Shown: positions 48,487 through 59,377 of the stretch, piece after piece
Numbering within the stretch: the first letter of the stretch is position 1
Layout of the letters: every line of letters starts with the position of its first letter
Source of the DNA: an uncultured Verrucomicrobiae bacterium
GTDB lineage: Bacteria; Verrucomicrobiota; Verrucomicrobiia; Chthoniobacterales; JAFAMB01
DNA: 64,000 bases
NCBI GenBank assembly: GCA_963813025.1
Contig: CAWEXO010000011.1
Location: 928,001 to 992,000, forward strand
Reading direction: 5' to 3'
The notes under the pieces: generated by a model
Told to the model about the DNA's origin: nothing
The model's input: only the letters and a program-made list of their open reading frames with translations
The model's database searches: none
Translations under genes and position numbers: made by a program

Positions 48487-51400
48487 ATGCCTCCGCTAAC
48501 CCACATTCACTGGCCTATCCTCGACGACCTTGCCCAGCGCATCCTCATCCTCGATGGAGCCATGGGAACCATGATCCAGCAAAGTCAAACTTCGCGAGGA
48601 AGACTATCGGGGGACCGTTTCGTTGATCATCCCCGGCCCCTCAAAAATAATAACGATATTCTCTGCCTCACCCGGCCGGAGATTGATCTTGGGATTCACC
48701 GAGCCATATCTCGCGGCCGGAGCCGATATCATCGAGACCAACACCTTTAACGCGACGATCATCTCGCAGCAGGATTTCGGTCTCGAGGAATATGTTCCGG
48801 AGATCAATCTGGCCGCAGCCAGACTGGCCAGCCAGGGCGGCGGACTGACAAAGAGTGACCCGTCGCACCGACGTTATGTCGCGGGATCCATCGGTCCGTT
48901 GAACCGAACCCTGTCGATCTCGCGGGATGTGAATGATCCCGGGTAAACGCGAGGTAACGTGGGCTGCAGGTCAAAAACGCTTATAAGGAACAGGCGGCGA
49001 ACTGGTTGCGGGTGGAGTCGATCTGCTGCTCGTTGAAACGACGTTCGATACCCTCAATCTGAAGGCCGCCTTATTTGCCATCGAGGAGTTTTTTGAGGAA
49101 TCGGGACAACGCGTGCCGGTGATGGCATCCGGCACGATCACGGATGCCAGCGGACGGACTTTGACCGGGCAAACCACCGAGGCTTTCTGGATCTCGATTT
49201 CGCATGCCCCTTTGCTCAGTGTCGGGCTGAATTGCGCTCTCGGTCCAAAAGAGTTGCGGCCGTACATCGAGGAACTTGCGCGGATCGCGCCCATCTACGT
49301 TTCCTGCTATCCAAACGCCGGATTTCCCGATCCTCTTTCGCCGACCGGATTTCCCGGAAACGCCGGAATCGCTGGCTCCTCAACTTCAGGAATGGGCGGA
49401 ACTTGGCTGGCTCAACATCGTCGGCGGTTGCTGCGGCACAACACCCGCCCACATCGCTGCTCTCGCAGAGGCGATTGGCGGGCTTCCGCCCCGCAAGATA
49501 CCTGCATCAAAATCGCACGACGCAGTTGAGCGGCCTGGAACCGTACACCATTGGCGAAAGTTTCTCGCGTCATCGGGGAACGGACCAACATCACCGGTTC
49601 GCCGCGGTTCTCGAAATTGATTCTGGCCGGAGACTACGACGTGGCGCTGGCTGTAGCGCGCCAACAGGTCGAGGGCGGCGCAAACATCATCGACATCAAC
49701 ATGGACGAGGGAATGATCGATTCGCGTTGCGGCGATGACCAAGTTCCTGAACCTGATTGCCGCTGAACCGGACATCGCTCGGGTGCCCGATGATGGTGGA
49801 TAGCTCGCGCTGGACGGTTCTGGAAGCGGGCCTGCAGTGTCTTCAGGGAAAAGGAATTGTGAACTCGATCAGCCTGAAAGAAGGCGAAGCAAGTTTAACG
49901 ATCAAGCGCGCCTGGTCCGGCGTTACGGAGCCGCGGTTGTTGTGATGGCCTTCGACGAGAAAGGTCAGGCGGACACTTTCGAACGCAAAATCGAGATCTG
50001 TTCCCGGGCTTATCGGATTTTGACCGAAGAGGTGGGCTTTCCTCGCGCAGGACATCATTTTTGATCCAAACATTCTCACGGTCGCGACCGGGATGGAGGA
50101 GCACAATAACTACGCGGTCGACTTTCATCGAAGCGACGCGCTGGATCAAAGAGAATCTGCCGGGCGCCCTGCGTTAGCGGCGGGGTAAGCAACATTTCGT
50201 TTTCTTTTCGCGGCAACAACACGGTGCGGGAAGCGATGCATGCTGCCTTTCTGTATCATGCGATCAAAGCCGGCCTGAATATGGGGATTGTCAACGCCGG
50301 CCAATTGGCAGTCTATGAGGAAATCCCGCCGGATCTGTCGAATGTTGGTCGAAGATGTTCTGCTGAACCGCCGGCCGGATGCGACAGAGCGCCTGGTGGA
50401 GTTTGCCGAGCAGGTCAAGACCTCGACGAAAACCCAAGTCAAAGATGAAGCATGGCGGGCCGGCTCCGTGGAGGAGCGGCTTTCCCACGCCCTGATCAAA
50501 GGGATCATCGATTATCATAGAAGAGGATACGGAGGAAGCGCGGCAAAATACGAACGTCCGCTGGCTGTCATTGAGGGGCCTCTTAATGGCGGGGATGAGC
50601 ATCGTTGGAGATCTCTTTGGGGCGGGCAAGATGTTTTTGCCGCAAGTGGTGAAGAGCGCCCGGGTGATGAAGAGATCCGTCGCCTACCTGACTCCGTTCA
50701 TGGAAAAAGAACGCCAGGAGAATCCCGACAACGCGGGCGGCCGGCAGGGTGGTCATTGCCACGGTTAAAGGCGATGTCCACGACATCGGCAAGAACATCG
50801 TTTCCGTCGTTCTGGCCTGTAACAATTTTAAAGTGATCGATCTGGGCGTGATGGTGCCTGCCGAAAAGATCCTGGAGAAAGCCGCCGAAGAAGGTGCGGA
50901 TGTCGTGGGCCTCAGCGGCCTGATCACCCCATCACTCGATGAGATGGCCCATGTTGCTCAGGAAATGAAGCGCCTCGGTTTTGCCGTGCCGCTGTTGATC
51001 GGGGGCGCGACAACCAGCAGAGCGCACACGGCGGTGAAGATTGCCCCGCATTACAGACGGGCCGACGGTCCACGTGCTCGACGCTTCGCGCGCGGTCGGC
51101 GTTGTCGGATCGCTTCATCAGCACAGACCTGCGCAGTGGGTTTGTGCAGACCAATGCAGCTGATCAAGAGCGTCTCCGGGAAGAGTTCGATCAACGCCGT
51201 TCGCAGAAAAGCTTGATTTCGCTGGCAGAAGCCCGTGCCCGGCGGACGCCAATTGATTGGACGCAAGCAGATTGCGGTGCCGTATTTTACCGGGATCCGA
51301 GTGATCGGTTACCAACCGCTCGAAGAACTGCTGCCTTATATTGACTGGTCACCTTTCTTTCATACCTGGGAGATTCGTGGGCGGTTCCCAAAGATTTTCG

Positions 51401-52218
51401 ATGATCCGGCGGTCGGTGAACAGGCGAGACAGCTTTTCGAGGACGCCCAGAAACTGTTGCAGGACATCGTTCATGGGAGGTTGTTCACTGCCAAGGCGGT
51501 GTACGGATTCTGGCCGGCTAACAGCGTCGGCGACGACATTGAAGTTATACCGCGACGCGAGAGGCACGGCCTGCTCGCCACATTCCATATGCTCCGGCAG
51601 CAGATGGCCAAACCGGCAGCCCAGGCTAACCATTCCTTGCCGACTACATCGCGCCGCGGGAGTTCCGGCCGGTTGGATTATCTCGGTGCTTTCGCGGTAA
51701 CCGCCGGCCATGGCGCCGACGAATTGGCCCGACAATTTGAGTCCGATCACGATGATTATAACGCGATCATGGTCAAAGCGTTGGCGGACCGTCTTGCGGA
51801 AGCGTTTGCGGAGATACTTGCATGAGCGAGTGCGTCGCGAATGGGGTTATGGCGAGACAGGAGAATCTGACAAGGAAGATTTGCTCCGGGAAGTTTATCG
51901 CGGCATCCGACCGGCCGCCGGGTATCCCAGCCTGTCCGGACCACACAGAAAAACGGATTCTTGTTTGATCTGCTTGAGGCGGAAAAGAATACGGGCATCC
52001 GTCTGACCGAGAGCTTTGCGATGTGGCCGGGGGCATCGGTCAGCGGGCTTTATTTTGCTCATCCGGACGCCAAATATTTCGGAGTTGGCAAAGATCGGAG
52101 CGGGACCAGGTGCTGGATTATCAGCGGCGTAAAGGGATGCCCCTTGGAGGAGGTCGAGCGCTGGCTGGGTCCCTATCTGAACTACGTTCCTGAGACGTTG
52201 GCCAAAACGGCCAAATAA
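48487..52218 (+). CDS. metH: B12-dependent methionine synthase, broken by many single-base indels
   Basis: [93 protein letters not shown] in order across shifting frames. Confidence 0.92.
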
Positions 52219-52255
52219 AAGCGTTCGCGTTGGAGACGAGACAGAGAATTTCTAT

Positions 52256-53224
52256 CTATTGCCCCTCGTCCTTGTAAAATCTCCCGGCGTCCTGCGTATT
52301 GTCCTTGGTAATTAGCTTGATCGGCGCATCCAGCTTACTCGGTGCATCCTGACCGTTCAGCTTCTTCACCATCGTCTCGACCGCCAGGTAGGCCATCGCA
52401 TCCGGGTACTGCGCGACCGTGGAAGTAAGCAAACCGTTCTTGATGGCCTGAACAGCCTCGGGTGTGCCGTCAACGCTCATGATCAGCACCTGGCCGCGGA
52501 GACCGGCTGCCTGCACCGCCCGGACCGCTCCGAGACCCATGTCGTCATTTGCCGCAAAAATTGCCTTCAGACCCGGATTACTCTGGAGGACGTTAGTCGC
52601 CACATCATAGGCTTTCCCGCGATCCCAGTTTGCCGGCTGGCTGGCCACGACTTTGAATCCGGCGCTCTTTGCCGTGTCCGTGAATCCCTTGACTCGGTCG
52701 ATACTGCTGGTGGTTCCAGGCGCCCCTTCGATCACGGCAACATCCGCGCTTTTAGCAATCAACTTGGCCAGAAGCTGCCCCTGCAAAGTTCCCGCCTCGA
52801 CATTATTCGAAGCAATTTGTGTCACGAGCGTAATGTGATCCTTCGCCGCGGCATCCGGAGGGATTAACTCATCAATGTTAATGATCGGAAGGTTTTTCGC
52901 GCTTGCTTGACGCAAAGCGCTGTTCAGGCTTGTCGCCCGGAAGGGTGTAACGATGAGCCCATCAAAACCGCCCTGGTTCAGCCAGCCCTCCAGGATGCTT
53001 AATTGCTGGTCTTCGGCGTTCTCGGTTGGCGTGCTGCCAAACGCAATGTCCACATTTAACTTCTTTGCCGCATAATCGTAACCCTCCTTCATTTGGAGAA
53101 AGTAGGGATTGGAAAGATTCTTCGTCAGCGCGCCGAGGTGATACTTTTTGGTCGATTGGGCTTCCAGATTGTTGACCAGGAGCAAGGCGGCGGCGAGACC
53201 GAAGAAGAGACGTGGGGTGATCAT
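52256..53224 (-). CDS. Sugar ABC transporter substrate-binding protein (RbsB/AlsB-like)
   Basis: Signal peptide, LSNPYF, ANWDR, FAANDDMGLGA, VDGTPEA, TVAQ. Confidence 0.92.
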   Translation of the reverse strand: MITPRLFFGLAAALLLVNNLEAQSTKKYHLGALTKNLSNPYFLQMKEGYDYAAKKLNVDIAFGSTPTENAEDQQLSILEGWLNQGGFDGLIVTPFRATSLNSALRQASAKNLPIINIDELIPPDAAAKDHITLVTQIASNNVEAGTLQGQLLAKLIAKSADVAVIEGAPGTTSSIDRVKGFTDTAKSAGFKVVASQPANWDRGKAYDVATNVLQSNPGLKAIFAANDDMGLGAVRAVQAAGLRGQVLIMSVDGTPEAVQAIKNGLLTSTVAQYPDAMAYLAVETMVKKLNGQDAPSKLDAPIKLITKDNTQDAGRFYKDEGQ

Positions 53225-53281
53225 AGTATTCGAAGGAGGACTAGGATAATACGTTACAACCGGCGGAGTTGCTGCAACAGA

Positions 53282-54268
53282 CTAATTGGACGGCTGCCGT
53301 CGCCAGCGGTCCAGCATTACCGCCAGAATAATCACCCAACCAATCACGAATTGCTGCCAAAAAGTTGGCACATTCAGAATGTTCATCCCGTTGCGAACCA
53401 GGCTTATGATGAGAGCGCCTACCAACGTGCCGGCCATTGAACCGGAACCGCCGGTCAGACTGGTTCCACCCATGATCGTTGCCGCAATCGCGTCCAGTTC
53501 GAACCCGATCCCTGCCGTCGGATCGGCCGAACTCAGCCGGGCAGTTAACAACGCGGCGGCCAAGCCGGTCAGCAAGCCGGCCAAAACATAGATTTTCATC
53601 AAGTGCCCCTTCACATTGATCCCAGCCAGCCGCGAGGCTTCTTCGTTGCCGCCGATGGCAAAGGTGTATTTCCCGAACCGGGTTGTTACCAATAGCCACC
53701 ACGCCAAGCCGAGCACGGCTAAAGCGATTACTACCTGCACGGGAATGGGTCCGATGAATCCGGCAAACATCAGCAGGAAATTTGGCGTAAAATCATAGAC
53801 CGGCCGGCCGTCGCTCAGCACCAAGGCGAGACCGCGGAAGACACCCATCGTCCCGAGAGTGACAATAAAGGGCTGGAGCTTTATCCGGGTGATCAGCAGC
53901 CCGTTGAGAGCGCCGCAAAATCCGCCGGCCACAATAGCAACGGCCAAGCCGCTCCAGCCGGATGCCCCGGCATGCATAGCTAAAGCAGCGCACAATCCGG
54001 CGAATCCAACGATGGAGCCCACCGAGAGATCGATCCCGCCGCTGATGATGACGAAGGTCATGCCGATCGCGATCACCAGGTTTACCGCGGCCTGCAACAC
54101 TACCTGCAGCAGGTTGCGCGGCGTCAGGAAATATTGCTGGCCACGGATGAGTGGTGTCGCCACCGCGAGGACTACCACCAGGCAAAGCAAGACTACGAAA
54201 ATGCCGTATTCAGCGAGCCACATGCGGCGCGCGCTTTCGTTTCGCGGAAAAGATACGCCGAGATGCAT
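53282..54268 (-). CDS. Sugar ABC transporter permease (RbsC-like)
   Basis: GGIDLSVGS, FIVTLG, AIGGNEEASRLAGI, ELDAIAATIMGGTS. Confidence 0.93.
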   Translation of the reverse strand: MHLGVSFPRNESARRMWLAEYGIFVVLLCLVVVLAVATPLIRGQQYFLTPRNLLQVVLQAAVNLVIAIGMTFVIISGGIDLSVGSIVGFAGLCAALAMHAGASGWSGLAVAIVAGGFCGALNGLLITRIKLQPFIVTLGTMGVFRGLALVLSDGRPVYDFTPNFLLMFAGFIGPIPVQVVIALAVLGLAWWLLVTTRFGKYTFAIGGNEEASRLAGINVKGHLMKIYVLAGLLTGLAAALLTARLSSADPTAGIGFELDAIAATIMGGTSLTGGSGSMAGTLVGALIISLVRNGMNILNVPTFWQQFVIGWVIILAVMLDRWRRQPSN

Positions 54269-54271
54269 TGG

Positions 54272-55045
54272 TTACTTTCCTGGCGCCGGATCGTTCGGAC
54301 GCCGCGCCCCGGTGATGTAACCAACGATTTCTTCCAGGCTCGTCTCCGTTTTGCGCAGATCAGCCACCAGCTTGCCGTGCCGCAACACGAGAATGCGATC
54401 GGCGATCCGATAAACATCTTGCATGTTGTGGCTCACCACCAGTGACGTGAGATGATCGACGTTCCGCAACTTCTCCAATAAGAGCAGCACTTGCTCAGTT
54501 TCTCTCACACCCAAGGCCGCGGTCGGTTCATCCAGTACGAGCAACGCGCGACTCCACATGACGGCGCGCCCGATCGCCACCGCCTGCCGTTGCCCTCCGC
54601 TCAGTGATCGCACAGGGACACGGGGCGGGGGAACCTTGATTTGGAGTCGTTGCAGCACGTCGACGGTTTGCCTCCGCATCTCGCGTTTGTTCAGCATACC
54701 GAGCCGGCCCGAGAGTCCGCGACCCAGGATCTCGCGGCCAAGGAAGACATTTTCGCTGACATCAAGCTGTTCAACCAGCGCTAAGTGCTGGAACACAGTT
54801 TCGATGCCCGCCGTTCGCGCCTCTGCCGTTGTGCTGAAATGAACCGGTACGCCTGCAAGCAGAATCTTCCCCGCACTGGGAGCGAGCGCGCCTGACAGAA
54901 TCTTGATGAGAGTGGATTTTCCGGCGCCGTTGTCCCCGACCAAGGCACTCACTTCGCCGGCTCGCAAGCTGAAAGTCACGCCGCAGAGTGCTTCAATCGC
55001 GCCGTAAGCCTTGCGTAAATCTTCGACTTCGAGCAACCACGCCAT
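54272..55045 (-). CDS. Sugar ABC transporter ATP-binding protein (single NBD)
   Basis: GDNGAGKST, LSGGQRQ, LDEPTAALG, SHN. Confidence 0.93.
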   Translation of the reverse strand: MAWLLEVEDLRKAYGAIEALCGVTFSLRAGEVSALVGDNGAGKSTLIKILSGALAPSAGKILLAGVPVHFSTTAEARTAGIETVFQHLALVEQLDVSENVFLGREILGRGLSGRLGMLNKREMRRQTVDVLQRLQIKVPPPRVPVRSLSGGQRQAVAIGRAVMWSRALLVLDEPTAALGVRETEQVLLLLEKLRNVDHLTSLVVSHNMQDVYRIADRILVLRHGKLVADLRKTETSLEEIVGYITGARRPNDPAPGK

Positions 55046-55266
55046 CGTTAAGGACTCTAGCAGGCTCGACGAGTTCCGCGATCGCCTTGCGCAGACGGCT
55101 GATGCGCAGTTGTCTTTCGCTCCGGGCGCCGTGGAGAATAAAAAACCCGCTTTTCGTCTTGAAAAGAACGGCCGGCCTCCTTGGTAGCGCGGACCGCCTG
55201 GTCCGTATCTCCGGGTTTTGGGTTGCTTTTGTCCCGAACTGGAAATCAGGACTCAGCCTGCGCTCA

Positions 55267-56031
55267 TTAGTCTTGGGCGTGCTTCGCTGCCTGTTCAATC
55301 AGGGCAGCAACCTCTTTGGGATGGGATTCGTACACCGAATGGCTCGCCCCCTCGATTTCCATCGTATGGCTTCGGGCGCGGGCGGCGTACATCCGCTCAA
55401 GGTCAGGATTGATAATCCTGTCCGCCTTGGCGACCATGTACCAGCTCGGCTTCACCTTCCACGCCGGATCGGCAATCTCGCTCGTGAATACCTGGGCCGA
55501 CGTCGGCATCTGCGCATGGGCTTCGAATTCCGCTTGCTTTAGCGGCAGATCGGCCGCGAAGTCGGCTGGTAATCTGAAGGATTGAGTAGTAGGAAACCGT
55601 CCGGAGTCTTCACGACGGCCCTGGTTAGGTTCGGAAATTTCTTACCGTTCCCAACCTCGGTTTCGCCGGTGTCCAGCGCGTGGGCCGCAATGTAGACGAG
55701 GCCAGCGACATGGGGATCGTTTCCGGCCTCGGTGATAATGGCCCCGCCGTAGCTATTGGCCCACGAGGATGGTCGGACCGTCCTGGCGATCGAGGATGCG
55801 CTTGGTCGCGGCCACGTCTTCGGCAAACGATGTCAACGGCTCTTGGACCAGGGTGACGTCGTAGCCATCCTCGACCAGAATATCATAGACCGGCCGCCAG
55901 CCGCCACCATCGACGAAGGCGCCATGCACTAGAACGATGTTTTTGATCGGCACGGCCACCGCCGGGGCGACAGCTCCGATTAAGAGAACGGCGCTGGCTG
56001 CCGAGACAAGACGAAGGATGTTTAAAGTCAT
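55267..56031 (-). CDS. Secreted alpha/beta hydrolase (frameshifts near 55757 and 55570)
   Basis: Signal peptide, NIVLVHGAFVDG, GH(S)YGG after frame correction, DRIINP, SHSVYESHP. Confidence 0.85.
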
Positions 56032-56108
56032 GATGGGTTGCTTAGAGCGTTAGGGATGAATATTTTGTCCTCCAAAGGTATCACCGTCGCTGGCAGTCAA
56101 AGATCCGT

Positions 56109-57629
56109 TTACATCGTCGCGCCGATAACCCACGGCACAAACTCGTTTTCCCCGTAGCCGAGCTCTTCGCTCTTTGTCTTTTCTCCGGAGGCAACCGCCA
56201 GGATTTTCTGAAAAATGCGCTCACCCATTTCTTCGAGTGAGGCAGTGCCATCGAGGATCTCTCCGCAATTGATATCCATGTCCTCCATCTGCCGCAGGTA
56301 GGTGGCGGAGTTGGTGGAGAGCTTGATCGAGGGAGCCGGTTTGCCGCCAAAGGCCGAGCCTCGGCCGGTCGTAAAACAGATGAGGTTTGCGCCACCCGCC
56401 ACCTGGCCGGTCGCCGACACCGGGTCGTACCCGGGCGTATCCATGAAGACCAGACCCGGACCTGTCGCTTGTTCGGCGTACTCATAGACAGCCATCAGCC
56501 CGGTTGATCCGCCTTTGGCCACAGCCCCCAAGGATTTTTCCAGGATGGTTGTGAGTCCGCCCGCTTTGTTTCCGGGCGAGGGATTGTTGTCCATCGTGGC
56601 GTCATGTCGCGCAGTGTATTCCTCCCACCAACGGATTCGCGCCACCAGCCGATCAGCGATTGCCGGGCTGGCGGCGCGGCGGATCAAAAGATGTTCGGCG
56701 CCGTAAATCTCAGGGGTTTCCGAGAGGATGGCGGTGCCGCCCGCTCGGACCAGGTGATCGACGGCGACGCCTAATGCGGGATTGGCGGTCACGCCGGAGT
56801 AGCCGTCAGATCCACCGCACTGCAACGCCAACACCAAGTGCCGAGTAGAGACTGGCTCACGCGTGATCTTGTTCGCCGCAGGCAGCATCTCCTTGAGAAG
56901 ATCGATGCCGCGCTTGATCGTCTTCGTTGTTCCGCCGCTTTCCTGGATGGTGAAGGTGCGCAGCCGTTCCGATTCTGTAAGCTGTTCTTCTTCCAGCAGT
57001 GAACGGATTTGGTTGGATTCGCAGCCGAGCCCGATCAACAAAACGCCGGCAAAGTTTACCTGCCTGGCGTACCCACCGATGGTACGCTGCAGCGTGCGGA
57101 GGCCGAGCCCTTCCGCGGCCATAGCGCATCCGGTGCCATGAGTCAGGCCGACTACTCCGTCGATGCTGGGAAAGTCTTCCAGGAGTTCCGGACGATAGGC
57201 GAAGGTATCGGCAATCGCCCGGACTACGGTAGCTGAGCAGTTTACTGAACTGAGGACACCGAGGTAATTGCGCGTGCCCATCCGACCGTCGGGCCGAACG
57301 ATGCCCAGAAAGCTTTGCTCGCGCGTTTGCGTAGGATGGTAATCAGTCCCGGGCCGGTAATTTCGTTCGTGTTCCGACATCGCCAGATTATGCACATGGA
57401 CGTGTTGACCTGCTACAATCGGTTGGCTGGCAACTCCGATGGTTTGTCCGTAGCGGAACACTGGTTCGTCAGGCTTGATCGTTGAAGCGGCAACTTTGTG
57501 TCCGGCCGGGATGGGTTGGATGCAGCGGACGCCTTTTTCAGCAGCCAAAATGGTTCCCGGCGCCAGATCACAGCAAGCGATGACGATGTTATCGGTTTGG
57601 TGCAGGCGGATGGTTTGGGGCGGAGTCAC
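56109..57629 (-). CDS. Altronate/galactarate dehydratase family (UxaA/GarD, SAF + C-terminal domain)
   Basis: IPAGHKVA, HVHN, GTRNY, GLGCE, LQCGGSDGYSG, SETPEIYGAE, GNKAGGLTTILEKSLG, FTTGRGS. Confidence 0.92.
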   Translation of the reverse strand: MTPPQTIRLHQTDNIVIACCDLAPGTILAAEKGVRCIQPIPAGHKVAASTIKPDEPVFRYGQTIGVASQPIVAGQHVHVHNLAMSEHERNYRPGTDYHPTQTREQSFLGIVRPDGRMGTRNYLGVLSSVNCSATVVRAIADTFAYRPELLEDFPSIDGVVGLTHGTGCAMAAEGLGLRTLQRTIGGYARQVNFAGVLLIGLGCESNQIRSLLEEEQLTESERLRTFTIQESGGTTKTIKRGIDLLKEMLPAANKITREPVSTRHLVLALQCGGSDGYSGVTANPALGVAVDHLVRAGGTAILSETPEIYGAEHLLIRRAASPAIADRLVARIRWWEEYTARHDATMDNNPSPGNKAGGLTTILEKSLGAVAKGGSTGLMAVYEYAEQATGPGLVFMDTPGYDPVSATGQVAGGANLICFTTGRGSAFGGKPAPSIKLSTNSATYLRQMEDMDINCGEILDGTASLEEMGERIFQKILAVASGEKTKSEELGYGENEFVPWVIGATM

Positions 57630-57659
57630 GGGGTGATAAAGAGTCGAGCGTGTGTTTTA

Positions 57660-57681
57660 GTCACACCGGCATCCTGCCGGT
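57660..57681 (+). repeat. REP palindrome flanking RAYT (left)
   Basis: GTCACACCGGCATCCTGCCGGT, hairpin ACCGGCA-TCC-TGCCGGT. Confidence 0.85.
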
Positions 57682-57711
57682 AATTTATTTTGCACCGCAG
57701 ACTGACCGGCG

Positions 57712-58335
57712 TCACATCAAGTTGCCGTAATAGGTATATTCGTCGGGTTTCAATTTCGCTTTTTTGGGGTTATTCGCAATGTACAAGCAGAGTGCATCCA
57801 ACTGACCTTCAGAGCGGACGATCCGATCAAAATATTCATCCATCCAAAAAGACCCTGCGTGTTTTAGAAGGCGATTGATCTGGAGCGCCGAAAACGATTT
57901 CCAGGAATGTAGGATTTGGCTCAACGATTTGTTCAGGGGCCGGACAATGATATGCACGTGGTTGGGCATCAGAATGAAGCTCTCAAGCTGATAGGGGTCA
58001 TGATCGAACCTGAATAGAGTCGTCTGCACGAGGGACCGCACAGCAGGAACTCTCAAAGCGCACGAGCCATACCCTTGATCTAGCCACGACTCAAGTTTTG
58101 TGTGGAACCGGCGATGATATTCCTCTTCGGTAGCTGAGTCCCAAGGTCGGGGGTGCAAAGCGAGCCAGGCAGCTTTCTCCGATCGGAACGAGTCAAGCAG
58201 CGCTTTGGGCAGAGAATCGGCCAAGCGAAATGTGACAAAATAAGTAGAACCCGATTGTCGCCAAGGGGGCAGGTTACGACGGGTGCTTTTAACCAAGGCG
58301 TAGGGATCAAAAGTTTGGAACAGAGTTTGGCGCAT
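57712..58335 (-). mobile_element. REP-associated tyrosine transposase (RAYT, Y1/HUH family)
   Basis: LPPW...TYFVTFRLADSLP, MPNHVH (HUH), SWKSFSA, FWMDEYFDRIVR, YIANNP; flanked by inverted REPs; start ATG 58335. Confidence 0.92.
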
Positions 58336-58342
58336 ATAAATA

Positions 58343-58371
58343 ACAATAAATAAAGTCGGTATTAATTGCAA
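58343..58371 (-). promoter_or_regulatory. Putative sigma70 promoter of RAYT (leaderless)
   Basis: TTGCAA-N17-TATTGT with the ATG 7 nt after the -10 box, in an AT-rich patch. Confidence 0.5.
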
Positions 58372-58416
58372 GAAGCCTTTGTCACGGAGAAGCCCCCAGC
58401 TTGTCAAAGTTTCAGG

Positions 58417-58438
58417 ACCGGCAGGATGCCGGTATCAC
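58417..58438 (-). repeat. REP palindrome flanking RAYT (right, inverted)
   Basis: Reverse complement is GTGATACCGGCATCCTGCCGGT. Confidence 0.85.
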
Positions 58439-58448
58439 TTTGAAAGCC

Positions 58449-59372
58449 CTATGGCCTTTGGGCGCCCACTGCTCCCACGTAGATCGCATAAAGCGATCTG
58501 GTCGCAGTGATGAACAAGCGGTTCCGTTTCGGACCGCCAAAGGCGAGATTCGAAACGGGCTCCGGGATTTTGATTTTGCCGAGCAGCGTGCCATCAGGCG
58601 CGAAACAGTGCACACCATCGCCGGCGCTGGTCCACACATTGCCCTCGGTATCAACTCGCAGACCGTCCGGAAGACCAGGCGAAACCTCGGCAAAAACTTC
58701 GCCGCCTTCGAGCTTGCTTCCATCCCTGACCGAGAAAACGCGAATATGATGTGGCCCGTTCTCCGTGTGAGTTTGACCGGTATCCACGACATAAAGCTTG
58801 GATTCGTCGGGAGAAAAAGCCAGGCCGTTCGGCTTGACGAAATCCTTTACCACGACCTGCAAATTACCCGTGCCGGGCTCCAGCCGGAATACATAACAAC
58901 CGCCGTACTCGGGTTCGGCCCGATGCCCTTCATAGTCGCTGAGAATCCCGTAGGAGGGATCGGTGAACCAAATACTGTCATCGGATTTAACGACAACATC
59001 GTTGGGCGAGTTCAGGCGGTGACCCGCAAAATGATCAACTAACACGGTGATGGAGCCGTCCGGTTCTGTTCGAGTGACGCGCCGGGAGCCGTGCTCACAA
59101 GTGACCTGCCGGCCTTGGCGGTCGCGCGTGTTCCCGTTGCTGTTATTTGACCGGTCGCGAAATACGCTTATCTGCCCAGCCACCCAGCGGAGCATCCGAT
59201 TATTGGGAATATCGCTCCAGACCAGGCAATCATGCTCCGCGAAATACACGGGACCCTCCGCCCAGAGACATTCTGAGCACAGTCTTTCGACCCAGGCGTT
59301 TCCCAAAGTAAGGAAAAGAAAACGACGGTCGTAGATCTCGATTTCGGATCGGATTCCGGATGTCTGATGCAT
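58449..59372 (-). CDS. SMP-30/gluconolactonase family protein
   Basis: WAEGPVY, SDIPNNR, SNGN, LNSPND, FTDPSYG, PNGLAFSPDE, PDGLRVD. Confidence 0.93.
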   Translation of the reverse strand: MHQTSGIRSEIEIYDRRFLFLTLGNAWVERLCSECLWAEGPVYFAEHDCLVWSDIPNNRMLRWVAGQISVFRDRSNNSNGNTRDRQGRQVTCEHGSRRVTRTEPDGSITVLVDHFAGHRLNSPNDVVVKSDDSIWFTDPSYGILSDYEGHRAEPEYGGCYVFRLEPGTGNLQVVVKDFVKPNGLAFSPDESKLYVVDTGQTHTENGPHHIRVFSVRDGSKLEGGEVFAEVSPGLPDGLRVDTEGNVWTSAGDGVHCFAPDGTLLGKIKIPEPVSNLAFGGPKRNRLFITATRSLYAIYVGAVGAQRP

Positions 59373-59377
59373 AAAAA

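Noticed and set aside
48487..52218. Programmed frameshifting or a multi-gene split of metH
   Set aside because: Too many irregular breaks, with no slippery-site pattern or domain-boundary logic
54993..55298. 101-aa ORF between the hydrolase and the ABC ATPase
   Set aside because: Overlaps both neighbours, Arg-rich, no recognisable motif
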